Assembly: GCA_965240325.2 (NCBI GenBank)
Contig: OZ251227.1
Span: 558,001-622,000 of the forward strand
Source of the DNA: Rebecca billardiae RCC1528
Taxonomy: Eukaryota > Protista > Haptophyta
Reading direction: 5' to 3'
Length of the DNA stretch: 64,000 nt
A program made the translations under genes and the position numbers. The notes below the pieces were generated by a model that was not told the DNA's origin, made no database searches, and was given only the letters and a program-made list of their open reading frames with translations. The first letter of the stretch is position 1, and each line of letters opens with the position of its first letter. This document shows, piece after piece, positions 12,379-24,084 of this stretch.

Positions 12379-13336
12379 CTCTAGGGCCGTCACGTTCACG
12401 TCCGGACTCCGGACGCGCGGTGCTGGAGCCAAATAACTCAAATATGGGTTGGCGCTGCGCGTCAACTTGGGCTGGAAACCTGTTTCTGAAACGCATGATG
12501 GATTGATGGCACGCCGGGCCAGTAGCCCGAGCTCGGAATTCCGACGCTGCCAACGGCGCCACAGGGGCGCAGCGGCGGGGCTGACGACGCGCGCGCGTGT
12601 GCACGTCTGACCACGGAGTGCGCGCTGCAATGACTGGCCCGTCCGCAGCACCACGCCCCGCGCTGTGAGTGAGAGTGTGGCCCGCGCCCAAGCGAGAACG
12701 CGGGCCGGGCGGCACTCCGCTGACCTCGCCGGCCGCCGACCAGCCCGCGGCCGCCTGCTGCAGCTCGTGGAACACGCAGTCGCGCGCTCGCGCGTGGATG
12801 GCGGCCCTGCGCGCATGCGCCCGCCGCGCGTGCCGCTTCATCCGCTGGCACCGCACGCGAGCCGCTCGTCGCGCGCAGTCGGCAGCTCGAGCCCTCCGCC
12901 GCCCGATCGCGGGCTGGCGCCACGCCTCGCGCTCGTGCTCGAGCTGAGGCGGCGCGTGTCGCCCGAGCCGGCGGGTTCGCGCGCGTGCGCGTGGTGGGCA
13001 GCCTCGCGCGTGCGCCCGCCGCGTGCCCCGCGTCGCTCGCTGGCGCCGCACGCGAGCCGTTCGTCGGACCGACCGAGACGAGCCGGGCGACCCTTGGATT
13101 CGTGGGCTCTCGGCTCTTGTCCTTCGGACCCGGGAGGCCGGGGCCGAGCGGGGTTGCTACTTGCTCCGATACTCGTAGTCCAATGCAAGATGATACCCGC
13201 GTGCCACTATCAGCGCGCCCTTTCGCTCGTGAAATGTCTAGCCAGAAAGCGACGGTTCGTGCGAATGTGAAGTGCGAACTCGCGACACGACGAATGCGCC
13301 GATGCGATTCGCGCGCGAATGTGAGTACGCAAAGCG

Positions 13337-13380
13337 CCGAACGACGAGCGGTTTTTGACCGAACGACGAGCGGTTTTTGT
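13337..13380. repeat. 22-bp tandem duplication upstream of the helicase
   Basis: CCGAACGACGAGCGGTTTTTG twice. Confidence 0.8.
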
Positions 13381-13557
13381 CCTATCGAGCGCGTAAGCGG
13401 GTACGCGAATTGCGCTTATGTGACCCGGCGGGCCGACGACTGGGTGGTTAGGGGGGCGTCAAAAAAAGGCGTGCGACGGGCTGGTCCCCAGCGTGAAGTC
13501 GTGCCTTTGTTCTCGTGGGTTTCCAGAATAAACGCCATGCAATAAAAGTGACGTGGA

Positions 13558-15492
13558 ATGATGGCGGCCACGCGCGCGTGCGGTCTCTTCAGCCGACCGC
13601 TCAGGGCGGCCGTGGCTCGTCGGAGGTGCAGCACGCTGGCGTTCGGGCCGATACAGCTGCCGCAGCGCTATGCAGACGCCCTCGCCGCATGCGGTGTCAC
13701 GGAGCCTCTGCCGATTCAGATCGCCGCGATGCCGGCCATCGCGTGCGGCACCGAGGACCTGCTGATCCACGCATCCACGGGCAGCGGCAAAACGCTGGCG
13801 TTTCTTCTCCCGCAGCTCGCGGCGCTGCGCGAGACCGAGCCGTGGCAGCTGCTAGTCCTCACGCCGACGCCCATCCTCGCCGAGCAGATCGCCCGTGTGG
13901 CCGCGGCCAGCGGCCATCCCGCGGCGGACGTGGCCCGCCTGGGCATGCCGAGCCATGCCGACTCGGCACTGTCGGCGCTCGCCGCGCGTGCGGTTGCGCA
14001 GGCGCGAGTGGTGGTCGGCACGCCTGATGAGCTCTGGGCCGAGCTCACCCGCCCGGACGCGGCCGAGGCCGTGCACCGCGCGCGCACGTGCGTGCGCACC
14101 GTCGTGCTGGATGAGATTGACTCGATCCTCGGGGCGGACGAACAGGCAGCCGCCGGGCGTGGGGGCAGGCGGAGCAGGGCGCAGGCCGCGGGGACGCCGT
14201 CGCGCGCGAAGCAGAACCGCCTGCTCGCTCGCTCGCGCGTCGGGCTCCTCGTGCGCCGCTTCTTCGCCGACGACGCCGACGGCGGCGCACTCGCCGCGCC
14301 CAAGCGCACGCGCGTGCGCATGATCGGCTGCTCGGCCACCGTGAGCAAGCGGCTGCACAAGGACGTGCTCTACGCGCTGGGCCATGGGCGCGGCCGGCTA
14401 CTCGTCATCGGCGCCGATCAGTCGGAAGGCGAGACCGGCCTTGATGCGACTGAGGCTCCCGCCCACCAGGAGCTGCCGGAGCACCCCCCCGAGGACGCGC
14501 CGTGCGCGCCCGCAGAGGCCCGCCCAGGCGGCGGGAGCGGCGGCGGTGGTGGCGCGCGAGATCGGTTCTCGCGGGGCTTGGCGGGCGTGCGCCTCCCAAA
14601 CGCGCTGACGCACCACTTCGTGATCTGCGACACGCTTCGCCACAAGGCCATGCTTACGCAGGACATCGCGCTCGCCCTGCGGCCGCCGGACCAAGCGGCC
14701 AGCCGCACGGTCGCTGCCGGCGCGACGGCCGTCGGCACAGCCGTGCTCGCTGTGGTCAGGGCTCGACCCGGCGCGAGCGCGCCCCGTGCCGCCGGAGCGG
14801 ATGGGCAGATCGACGCCGGCGCGGATATTGGCGCCCGCGAGAGCAGCGTCGGTGAGGCTGAGGCGGTGCTCGTCGGCGACGCGACCTCGGACAGCCGTGC
14901 TGCGCGCTTGGTCTCACTGCTGCGCGCAGGGGGCGGGGCCGCAGGGCGCGCCCCCATTGCGGCCGAGCTCTCCGCAGCCGATGGTTCTGCCATGCCGACC
15001 ATCGCTGTCGCCGAAGCGGCCGACGTGCGCGGGCTCGACATGCCGACGCTCCGTGCCGTCGTCCTGTGCGACCCGCCACAGTCAGTGGACGAGTACGTGC
15101 ACGTGGCTGGCCGCGTCGGTCGCGTCGGCCAGCTGCCGGGCCACGTGGTCAGCCTCCTCACGCGCGCTGAGTGGGAGGCGTGCAACTCGCAGCTCAGCGC
15201 AGGTCTGGGCATCTCGACCAAGCCGGTGAGCGCCCACCGCCTGGTGCACACGCGCCTCCGCCCGGAGCCTGATCGCCGCCGGCGCCGCCGCTCAGCAGGC
15301 GGTAGCCGCCAGCCGCGGCCAGCGACTGAGACCGAGATGCCGCCCGCCGACGCAGCAGACCCTGACGCGGGGTGTGCGATTGGCACTGCGGAGCCGACCG
15401 AGGCCGAGACCGAGGCAGAGGCGACTGCCACGGCTGCCACTCAGCAGCCTCGCGCTCATCATCGTGCTGAGGCGACGGTGTTGTCAGATTAG
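13558..15492 (+). CDS. DEAD-box RNA helicase (DEID variant), probable organellar presequence
   Basis: Q motif PLPIQ, TGSGKT, LTPT, VGTP, DEID, SAT, RGLD, YVHVAGRVGR. Confidence 0.85.
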   Translation: MMAATRACGLFSRPLRAAVARRRCSTLAFGPIQLPQRYADALAACGVTEPLPIQIAAMPAIACGTEDLLIHASTGSGKTLAFLLPQLAALRETEPWQLLVLTPTPILAEQIARVAAASGHPAADVARLGMPSHADSALSALAARAVAQARVVVGTPDELWAELTRPDAAEAVHRARTCVRTVVLDEIDSILGADEQAAAGRGGRRSRAQAAGTPSRAKQNRLLARSRVGLLVRRFFADDADGGALAAPKRTRVRMIGCSATVSKRLHKDVLYALGHGRGRLLVIGADQSEGETGLDATEAPAHQELPEHPPEDAPCAPAEARPGGGSGGGGGARDRFSRGLAGVRLPNALTHHFVICDTLRHKAMLTQDIALALRPPDQAASRTVAAGATAVGTAVLAVVRARPGASAPRAAGADGQIDAGADIGARESSVGEAEAVLVGDATSDSRAARLVSLLRAGGGAAGRAPIAAELSAADGSAMPTIAVAEAADVRGLDMPTLRAVVLCDPPQSVDEYVHVAGRVGRVGQLPGHVVSLLTRAEWEACNSQLSAGLGISTKPVSAHRLVHTRLRPEPDRRRRRRSAGGSRQPRPATETEMPPADAADPDAGCAIGTAEPTEAETEAEATATAATQQPRAHHRAEATVLSD

Positions 15493-15937
15493 TAGTATAG
15501 TGACGGCGCGGTACGACACGAGTCACGTCACTCACGTGTTAGCCGAGCTACGTGATGAGTACGGTCCTGCGCGCACGCAGTGCGGAGTGCTCAGTGTCAC
15601 ACACTGTGACTAGTGAGTGACTGTCGGCACACTGTGCAGGACGTTAGCGGGCAGCACCTCGTCTCAGGCTGAGGCTGCTGCTACTAGGCTCCGTGCAACC
15701 GGGTGACTCGGGTGTGAGTCGGACCGCCTGCCAGGCGCTGCATGGCCATGAGTCAGCTACCCGTCCGCAGCCCGTGTATCTGTTCTATATCTGTACACAG
15801 TGCCAGCCTGGTCCGATCTGACCGTTGTTAGACAGTAATATTACAGCGGGTACCTTACAGGCATACTGTCGGCGCTGAGTCTGAGCCTGACCGAGGTGGG
15901 GCGGAAATTTAACGGAAATTGTTTTTTTAAACGGCAC

Positions 15938-17284
15938 TATGCCAGCATGGCGTCCCCCGCGCCTGCACTTGCGGCGATGCTACTGCTAGGGGCGATGCCA
16001 AAGCTGCCAGAGGGGCAGGTGGCAACTCCTGCGGCCCAGCACATGCGATCAGTGGCCGTCGCGGCCGTCAGGCACCGCCGGGTCGTGTCGCCCGCCCACG
16101 TTTGGCGCCGGCCACTCTTGGATGACCGCGCGCACATCAAAGAGCGCCTGAAGGAGAAGAAGCGGCTCAAGCAGCTCGTGGCCGCGCGCCTGCGTGCAGA
16201 TAATATGCGCGTGCCACGTCGCACCGCTCCCGCTCCTAGGGCCGCAGCCGACCTGCACACGCTTGCGTGGCGCGGCGTCCATACCAGTGGCCGCCTGGCC
16301 CGGCCACTCTGCTTCTGGCGGCCTGGAGCTTCATCGGTCACATCCGGCGGAGCCAACCAGCGCGGCCAGATCACCGACCACACAGCATTCGGCACGGCCC
16401 TGCGTTCGATCGCCTCGTGGCCCGACGTGACGCGTGTGCTCGAGATCGGCACGTGGTTTGGAGGCGGCTCGACTACCGTACTCGGTGCCGCGCTCAACCG
16501 CACGGCCGGGTCGGCCAACTGTGCGCTTGCGCCGGCGCCCGACGGGGCGGGCGATGAGGACGTGGCGCGGCAGGAGGCGAATAGCTCGCGGCATGGCGAT
16601 GTTCGCGTGTGCTGTGACGCAGCACTCGTGACCTTAGAGGTCTTCGAGCGCGCGTGGGCCCACGCGCGCGTGGCCGTACGCGCGCTGCCGGTGTGGTGCA
16701 TCCGCGGCTCCACAGTGCCCGCGCACCAGCTGCTGCAGCCGGACGAGATCCCGCTGCCGGACAGGGGCGAGCACTTCAGGCTGTACTACGAGCGCGACGT
16801 GAGACTGATGGGCGCGCTCGAGCCAAGGCTCGCTTGGCTGTGCGCGCAGGACAGACCCGCCGTGTCGAGCATCGCGCAGCGCGTGCACGACGCGCTGTTC
16901 GGGCGCGAGCGCTGGCCGCCCTTCGACCTCGTCCTCATCGACGGGAACGAGTACACCGGCTGGGCCGAGTTCGAGGAGGTGCGCACATCCTGCCGCCCGC
17001 CCTTCCTTGCGCTGCACGACACGGGCACGCTCAAGACGCGGCGCGTCGAGGCCCACCTCTCACGGCATGAGGACGAGTACGTCCGGCTGCTCTCGCACAC
17101 GGACGTGGGCGCCAGCCCCGCCGCCACGCCCGCGTGCGCGCTTGTGGGTTGCAGGCGCAGGGGTGCGTTCGCGCCAAACCGTGCCGGCTGGAGCATCTTT
17201 GTGCGCGCCGATCTGTCGGCCGCGGTTCTCGCCCAGCTCAACACGTCATGGCTTTCCACGCCTCCCCGTCCGGCCGGGTCGTGA
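15938..17284 (+). CDS. Class I SAM-dependent methyltransferase-like protein
   Basis: RVLEIGTWFGGGST, FDLVLIDG, LALHDT motifs. Confidence 0.65.
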   Translation, partial: YASMASPAPALAAMLLLGAMPKLPEGQVATPAAQHMRSVAVAAVRHRRVVSPAHVWRRPLLDDRAHIKERLKEKKRLKQLVAARLRADNMRVPRRTAPAPRAAADLHTLAWRGVHTSGRLARPLCFWRPGASSVTSGGANQRGQITDHTAFGTALRSIASWPDVTRVLEIGTWFGGGSTTVLGAALNRTAGSANCALAPAPDGAGDEDVARQEANSSRHGDVRVCCDAALVTLEVFERAWAHARVAVRALPVWCIRGSTVPAHQLLQPDEIPLPDRGEHFRLYYERDVRLMGALEPRLAWLCAQDRPAVSSIAQRVHDALFGRERWPPFDLVLIDGNEYTGWAEFEEVRTSCRPPFLALHDTGTLKTRRVEAHLSRHEDEYVRLLSHTDVGASPAATPACALVGCRRRGAFAPNRAGWSIFVRADLSAAVLAQLNTSWLSTPPRPAGS

Positions 17285-20200
17285 CACGCGTGTTGGTGTG
17301 CACTCCGTTTTCTGTGTGTGTGTAGGGGGCCTGTGTCCGGATTCGAACGAGGATTTCTGGATTTCCGTGGATCCGGACCAGGGCGACGTCATCTATTTCG
17401 GGGTCCCGCCTGTCTGGTACTCTCCTCCGGACTGCGCCGCCATCGTTACTCGGCGGGCACAGCCCTAGGTGGGGCTAACCTCACAGGCCGGGGTGGAGCA
17501 CCGGACTGGGCGTGGACGCCCACCTCGTGATCGACCCGGCGCCGCGGGAGTGAGCGGTGCGCGTGGAGCCGGCGCGCTCGGGCCTGCGCGGCATGCCGAA
17601 CGGCCGGTCCAGGAAGCGCGACTTGCCCACACCACCACGTAAGTGCTCCACCGCACTCGCCCTGCCCGCACGCGGGGTGCGCGTGCACGATTGCCGTGTT
17701 TGCGGGGGCGTGTACGTCAGGGGCTGCGTGCGCCAGAAGTGCGGCGAGGGGGGGGCTCGGAGGGGCGTAGTCCGATGGTGCTTGTGGCATACCATCTGCC
17801 AAACATAGACCGCGCTTGCGCCGTCATGTCCCTGAGGTGCTCATGCGTGAGCACTGCAAGCTCTATCTCACACTGTCCCCGTGGTCGCCGCGTGTACGTG
17901 CGCAGGTCGTGTCGGCGGCGTGGGCAGCACGGTGCCCGCGGAGATCTCTCCCGAGGCTCATCATGACGTGCTCTCACCAGTGGCCCAGCGTGTCAGGCGC
18001 CTGGAATTGCAGCTGCGGTTGCGCGCGCAGTCGCACGACCTCATGCGGCTGCTGATCTGAGCGGCCTTAGCGCTGCTGCGGCTGATGGCCTGCATGGGCG
18101 CGCGTTGTTCTGCTGGCGGCACGCGATCGACGCCAGAGCGTCGATGCGCCAGCCCACGATAAGCTCCAGCCGAGACTTGAAAAGGTTGGCATCGACTGGC
18201 AGACGCTCTGGAGGGCGCCGTGCCGCGATGGGCGTACTGCACGCCTAGGAGTGGTCGCGCACAGCTTCTGCGCGACGATGAGCTGAGGCTGCCGCTGGCG
18301 AGTCTGCCGCCGCCATTGCGGCCGATTGGCTTCCCAGCCGTGATGTCTGTGCCAGGCGGGTAGGCAGGTCTCCAGTCTGCATTGCCACACGCAGACGCCT
18401 CACTATCTAACGCCTCAGCTGCCTCGAGTCTGGCCCGGGCGGCGCCGCCGCCAGACTATTGGTACGCAGTGTGGCGCGTCACCGCGTCAGTGCGCGCCTG
18501 CCGCAGCCAGCCCTGAGTGCCCTGGCCAGCCTGGGCCCGGGGTCGGGTCGCGGAGGCGGTCTCCTAGGAGACCATATAGCGCCCGGCGTTGAAGGAGTAT
18601 TTTCGGTGTGCGCGCCATGTAGTAGTAGTGCTGCCAGACGACTGTGTAGCGGACCGCCGAATCATCCGATCGATCTGATTACAGTGAACGTGATTATCTC
18701 CGGCTGATAATGACGATCCGCCGTCCGCGGATAGTTTCGTCGATCAGCGGTTACCGTCAGTCGTCTTAGCAATGTTACATGATCCGAAGCGGGCGCGGCG
18801 TGACGGTCACTGGTCAGCCTCACTAAGCAGCAGTCTCTGCTCAGTACTCACTGTAGTCTAGTCATTGTAGTTAGTGAGTGTTAGTGTCCGCCGCGATCTG
18901 GCACTACGAGCCACGACAGTCTGACAGAGAGTCAGAGTAGTTATTACACGGTCCCATGAGTCCGACGGTACGGCAGACCCGCGTACCCCTCACAGCCCGC
19001 CGGGCCCAAGGGCTGGTCGGCTCAGTAGTAGCTAAGTCACTGTCATATAGGCTTAGCAGCGGTCACAGCCACGAAAGCTATCAGCATTGGCCGCATCAGC
19101 ACCAGATCATCCGCACCACTGCTTTAAGGTGGCGCTTCGCGCGGCCCGCACAGACGTGAGACGGCCCCAAGTCGCAGGGCGGCAGGCTGACGCGCGCGCC
19201 GCGTCGCCTACCGCGTACTCGTAGGTATTGTACTGATGCGCACTGGCCTCCACGTCGCCACCACACTCAGTCTCACAGTAGGACCGTCGTCGGCCTGGTA
19301 CGACCGCTCACCGCAGTCATCCACTGCTTGAGACCGGTGCCAGCCTGGCGTGTCGCCCGGCGCGCGGACCCGGAGGCCAGTACGGCCAGCCTTGCCGACC
19401 TGGCACGGTGATGACGACTCGTTGTTCAGCCGGGCAGCACGCTTCAGCACTCCACGCGAGCACGCTGAAGTCCGTGGCCGAAGTCGTCCTAGGCTGGTCG
19501 TGAGTAGTGGCGTCTTGCGAGAGATGAGAGACGACGAATGCGTCAAGCTTCCAAGACTGACAACCCGTTCGACGAGGGGCGAGCCAGCTAGCGGTGCTAA
19601 GCTTGCCCATGGCCATGGTGCCACCGCGCGAGAGAGCATGCTGCTGCTGATAGAGGGCTCGTTATCTGAGGCGCCGTGTGATGAATGAAACATCACCGCA
19701 CAGGCCACGACCGCAGTGGGCTGCGGGCAGGCTCCAGCTGACAGCCACGAGGGGATTGGCTGTCGAGCCGGAAGCTGGTGGCTGGCACCGGGCGAAGACC
19801 AGTCACGTGCCTACTGCAGTCTTCTGGCTCCATCGCAGGGACTCGGGCAGAGCAAGTGTCCAGAGGTTGAGCAACACCGCCGGTGCAGCCGCCGATCATG
19901 TTGCAGTGTGTGGAGCACAAGAGGGGTTGCGAGCGCGCGTGGCGCGTGAGGGCGAATGCACACGAAGGAAATATCCGCTTAGTGAGCTCCGACTGGCCAG
20001 CCGTATCTACCAGCCACTCGAAACACGCCGCGCGCCCGAAACCCCCGTGGTCCAGCCACCCGGTGCCCGTTCGGGGCAGGCACAGCCCAAACGGTTCATG
20101 TGCGTGCAGAACGGGCGTGGCGAGTGCACAACCAGCCGCGAGCGCTCACCTGCTCGCGCACCCTCCTCCATATGGTCCTACCGAGTGCTCCGCTCAGCGA

Positions 20201-20853
20201 CGCCCTCGAACGGGCTCACACGGCTCTGCCGCACGACCAGCCAAGAGGCGCACGCGACGCGAGGGGAGGGCCTCGCCGGCCCTCCATCAACCGCGGCTCC
20301 CGAAGTGCCCTCCCCTCCGCTCCCGGACTCTGTGAGGTCCAGCCCAGCCGCACTCGCGTGAAGCGAGTGCGATGGCGGAGAGTACCAGCCAGGGGTCCCG
20401 CGCCGGTTGGATACGTACCCGGCTACGCGCGCGCGCCTGAACCCGGCGGCGGCAGGAATATTAATTAAGCGCCGTCTACCAGCGTTGGTGCGCTTACCTG
20501 GACAGTTCGGGGTACAGCCGCCGCCCGCCGGAATGGGCCCACTTGTGCCGACGGAGCCAAAGCCATACCCGTTCATTAGCAGCTCATTTGATGGGCCATG
20601 TCGTTTCAATAAGTAATTCAGTCGGCCAGCACCAACTCGCGTCATCAATACGAAACCGTCATTGGCGGTTCTTAATTTTGAGCTTGGGGCAAGGAAGATG
20701 CCCACCTGCCGCCGCCGGCCCGCCGTGCCTACGCGTGCGGAGTTGAGAGTGCGCCGCCCTCTTTGCGGAAGCAGCGTCGGCTCAAAGCAGCTGGAAAAGC
20801 AGCCGCTTGTCTGGAGCGCGGGCCTTGCCGCCGCACCTGCGCCCACCGCCGCC

Positions 20854-21394
20854 AATGGCGGCGGTGAGGGGCGCTTTTGCGTCGCTCGCACTCGTGCTCG
20901 CGTGCACGGACGTCGCCGTCGCTTCGGCAGCGCTCCGCGCGCCGCGAGCCACCGCGCCGGCCCACGTCCTCCACGCGGCGCCGGCGAGCGCGGCGTCGTC
21001 GGTTGGGCCGCATCCGCCCATCAAGAACCGCGCGCGGCGCGGGGCGCAGATCGTACGCGCGGCGGGCACGGCGGCGGCTGCGGCGGTGCATGCAGCTCCT
21101 CTGCACTTCAGCCTGCCGTCTATCGCCCCGATCCGCGACATCGGTGCCACGTGGGCGAGCAACGTTGGCGGCGCAATCGTGCGCGTGCTCAACTTCTCCC
21201 AGCGCTTTGTTGGGACCGTGATCAAGCGCTACTCGGCGGCATGGATGGCGCCGACGCTCTTCGCTGCCTGCCTCGCAGCCGCGTGGAAGCACTGCCTGGT
21301 CATTGGCGTCGGCACCAACCCCTTCCAGTTCGCGCTGGTGAGCGTCTGCCTCTTGCTCCAGCTGATCAGCTTTGCCGCGTCCATCGTCGACTGA
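20854..21394 (+). CDS. Hypothetical small membrane protein with signal peptide
   Basis: Signal-like N-terminus and two C-terminal hydrophobic helices. Confidence 0.45.
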
Positions 21395-21906
21395 GCACCC
21401 GGCTGAGCCAAAAAGGTGGCGGCCAAGGCCGGCAGGCGGAAACTCCAACGCTGCTTGCACGTGCAGCGCGCACTCCGTCCTCGCCGCGCATCCTGCTCAT
21501 ACCTGTACACCACACTGTACCTGTACACCACACTGTCGTACCCTGCGTGCCGTCCGGGCCCGCGGCGTCGCGGACCGACCCGGGGCCGGCCTGCATCAAC
21601 CGCCGGAGACTGTCGCGAGGCCGTAGTCACTTCGAATGGACCAGTGACACCAACTGAACTTGGCACCTGCCCGCCAGGCGGCGACGTGGAACTGTTAAAG
21701 ACACATCAGCCGCGTAGTTACCCCGCGGTAGTACGGCAGTAGCAGTTTACCGGACGAAAGACACACCAACTACCAAGCGGGCAAGCCCTTGGACATGTAC
21801 ACTGACACCAGAGCGCGGTCCTCGGTGTCCGGACTAAATTATAAAGATGAACGCGCGAAATCGGGAATCATCGCGCGCATTGCCGAGCTCAAAACACGGG
21901 GCACGA

Positions 21907-22927
21907 TGGCTTCCGCTGCCACGATGCTGTCACGTCGCATTCTGGCGCGTGGCGTGTCGCTCGCGCGCCTCGGTGCGGGCGGTGCGCTCTGTGTGGCTGG
22001 CGGAGCACTTGCCCTTGAGCGTCAAGCCGTCCTCTGCCACGCGAAGAGCCTCTCCACCGCCGCCGCGACGCCCTCGCCCACTGCGCTCACGCTGTACCAG
22101 TACGAGATCTGCCCTTTCTGCAACAAGGTGAAGAGCGTGCTCGACTATCTCGACGTGCCGTACGCGACGATCGACGTCAACCCGCTCACGAAGAGCGAGC
22201 TGAAGTTCTCTGCCGACTACAAGAAGGTGCCCGTGCTGCTCACCAGCGCCGGCGAGCAGGTGAACGACTCGGCGGCCATCCTCGACCGCGTGCTTGCGCT
22301 GCTGGAGGCGGAGGGCCGCGCGCCTAAGGGCGAGCTGGAGCGTCTCTCGAACGACGAGGCGCTTAAGTGGGCGCAGTGGGCCGACAAGGAGCTCGCTGTG
22401 TACATCTACCCCAACATCACCCGCAACTACAGCGAGTCCTTCGACGCGTTTGCGTACATCGAGGACGTGCCGCACTTCAGCATGCTCGACAAGCTGGCCA
22501 ACCGCTACCTCGGCGCGCTCGCGATGGTCTTCGCGCAGGGGAAGATCAAGAAGAAGTACGGCATCGTGGATGAGCGCGCGGAGATGTTTGCCAAGCTCAC
22601 CGTCTGGACCGATGCGCTCGGCGATCGCCCATTTTGCGGTGGCGACAAGCCGAGCCTCGCCGACCTCAGCGTCTTTGGCTGCATCCGCGCCATCAAGGGC
22701 ACGGCGACGCACAAAGACATCATGAGCAACACGGCCATCGGGCCGTGGTACCGAGTGCGCGCAATGACGCGGAAGCGCCCTGCGTAGGGGCGCACGCACT
22801 GCGCCTGCCCTCGCGCGACGCGTGTGCCCTCGGGCGCCATGTGCTCATGCGCGCGCGCCTCACCCGTCCGCCCCCGCAGCGGATGGAGGATGCGGTCGGC
22901 GTGTCGTCGAGAACGTCGCGAACATGA
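21907..22927 (+). CDS. PTGES2: Prostaglandin E synthase 2-like glutaredoxin/GST protein (short last exon after an intron near 22755-22879)
   Basis: LYQYEICPFCNKV (CPFC), VNPL, YKKVP, DSA, PNITR, PSLADL..FG; splice gives WYR-RMEDAVG. Confidence 0.85.
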
Positions 22928-23451
22928 ACGCGCGGCTGAGCTACGGGATGGCCGCGGCGGTCTGTGACGCCAGCCTTGCTGGAGCGCGCAGTCTTCCACA
23001 TACTCACTATATTGAACTATAACACTTCTGCTCGCAGCTCGAATGCGCTCGCCGCGACTGACCGAGTGCCACGTACGTGAGTAATTGAGTCACCGAATAA
23101 GATCGAGTCACCGATCGTCTAAATATCGAGTACACTTACTGTCAGTGAAACTGCATCAGCATGCCGCCCGGCACAGTGATGATATTATATATATCGGTGA
23201 TGGCATCTGTCTGATGATGACATGCAGCGGTCCGACACTCACCGCCAGGCCGGCGGCCCCGCGCCGACTGGCGACTCGGGCCGACCGACGTGAGTTACCA
23301 GCCGCCAGGCGCGATCGGATGGTCAGCGCAGTCGTACTCAGTAGCCTCTGAGCTGCGCCACGTCCGTCCATATCAGTGAGATTCATACTGTTCCGCGTCG
23401 GCCTTATAGTAACTTGACACAGTGGCACCGGAAGGGACGATGTTGCGGATA

Positions 23452-24084
23452 CAGGGGGGTCCAGATGGTGGGCCCCACTTTGGCGGTGGCTGGCCAGGTA
23501 GTGCGGCACGGCCGTGCCTCTGGACGGGCATTGAGCGGTGGTGAGGTCGCCAAATGGCGTGGCGTGGTCCCAGACAAGGTTCTTACTAGTCCTGATCAGC
23601 TTGCTAGCCATGCCGGTCGTTGATCACCCTGCCGTTGACAGGCGCGCACACGCCAAACGTATTCGCACGGCAGCCGTGTCGGACGGGGGTCGCACGACTA
23701 CCGCGCAGCCAACCTTGCTCGTCAGATCCACGGCTTGTAGGGTCAGATGGACCTTCGCCAGGCATGCACCCTCGCAATGCATGCCCCAGAGGGCGGTATG
23801 ACCGTCAGAACGGTGATCCTGGCCGCTACCTGCCCATCCTTCCCATGCGCAACCTCACTCGCGCGCCGGTCGTACGGGGGCGTGGACGTGGACGTGAGAG
23901 TGGTCGAAAAGTCTGAAGGGAAGCTGTCACTCACGCACACGCGCTCGTACGGCGACGCCGACCTGCCTACGCCACGCCCCAGTGACCGGGCCGTGGCGCT
24001 GGGGCCTTGGATCGCGTTGGGACGGGCATTCACGCCCGCCATGGCTTCCCTTCAAAAGTGGGAAACTTCACCTGGACCCCCCTG
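23452..24084 (-). mobile_element. 633-bp MITE, family A copy 2 (inverted)
   Basis: Same TIRs, TA flanks (23450-51, 24085-86) and same length as copy 1. Confidence 0.92.

Noticed and set aside
17600-17650. P-loop-like GGVGKSRF on the minus strand (possible Rep/helicase relic)
   Set aside because: Short ORF with no Walker B or other supporting motif
17300-20400. Genes in this interval, and likewise in 24090-27250
   Set aside because: Only short overlapping ORFs with no recognisable family; probably degraded sequence, cannot be called
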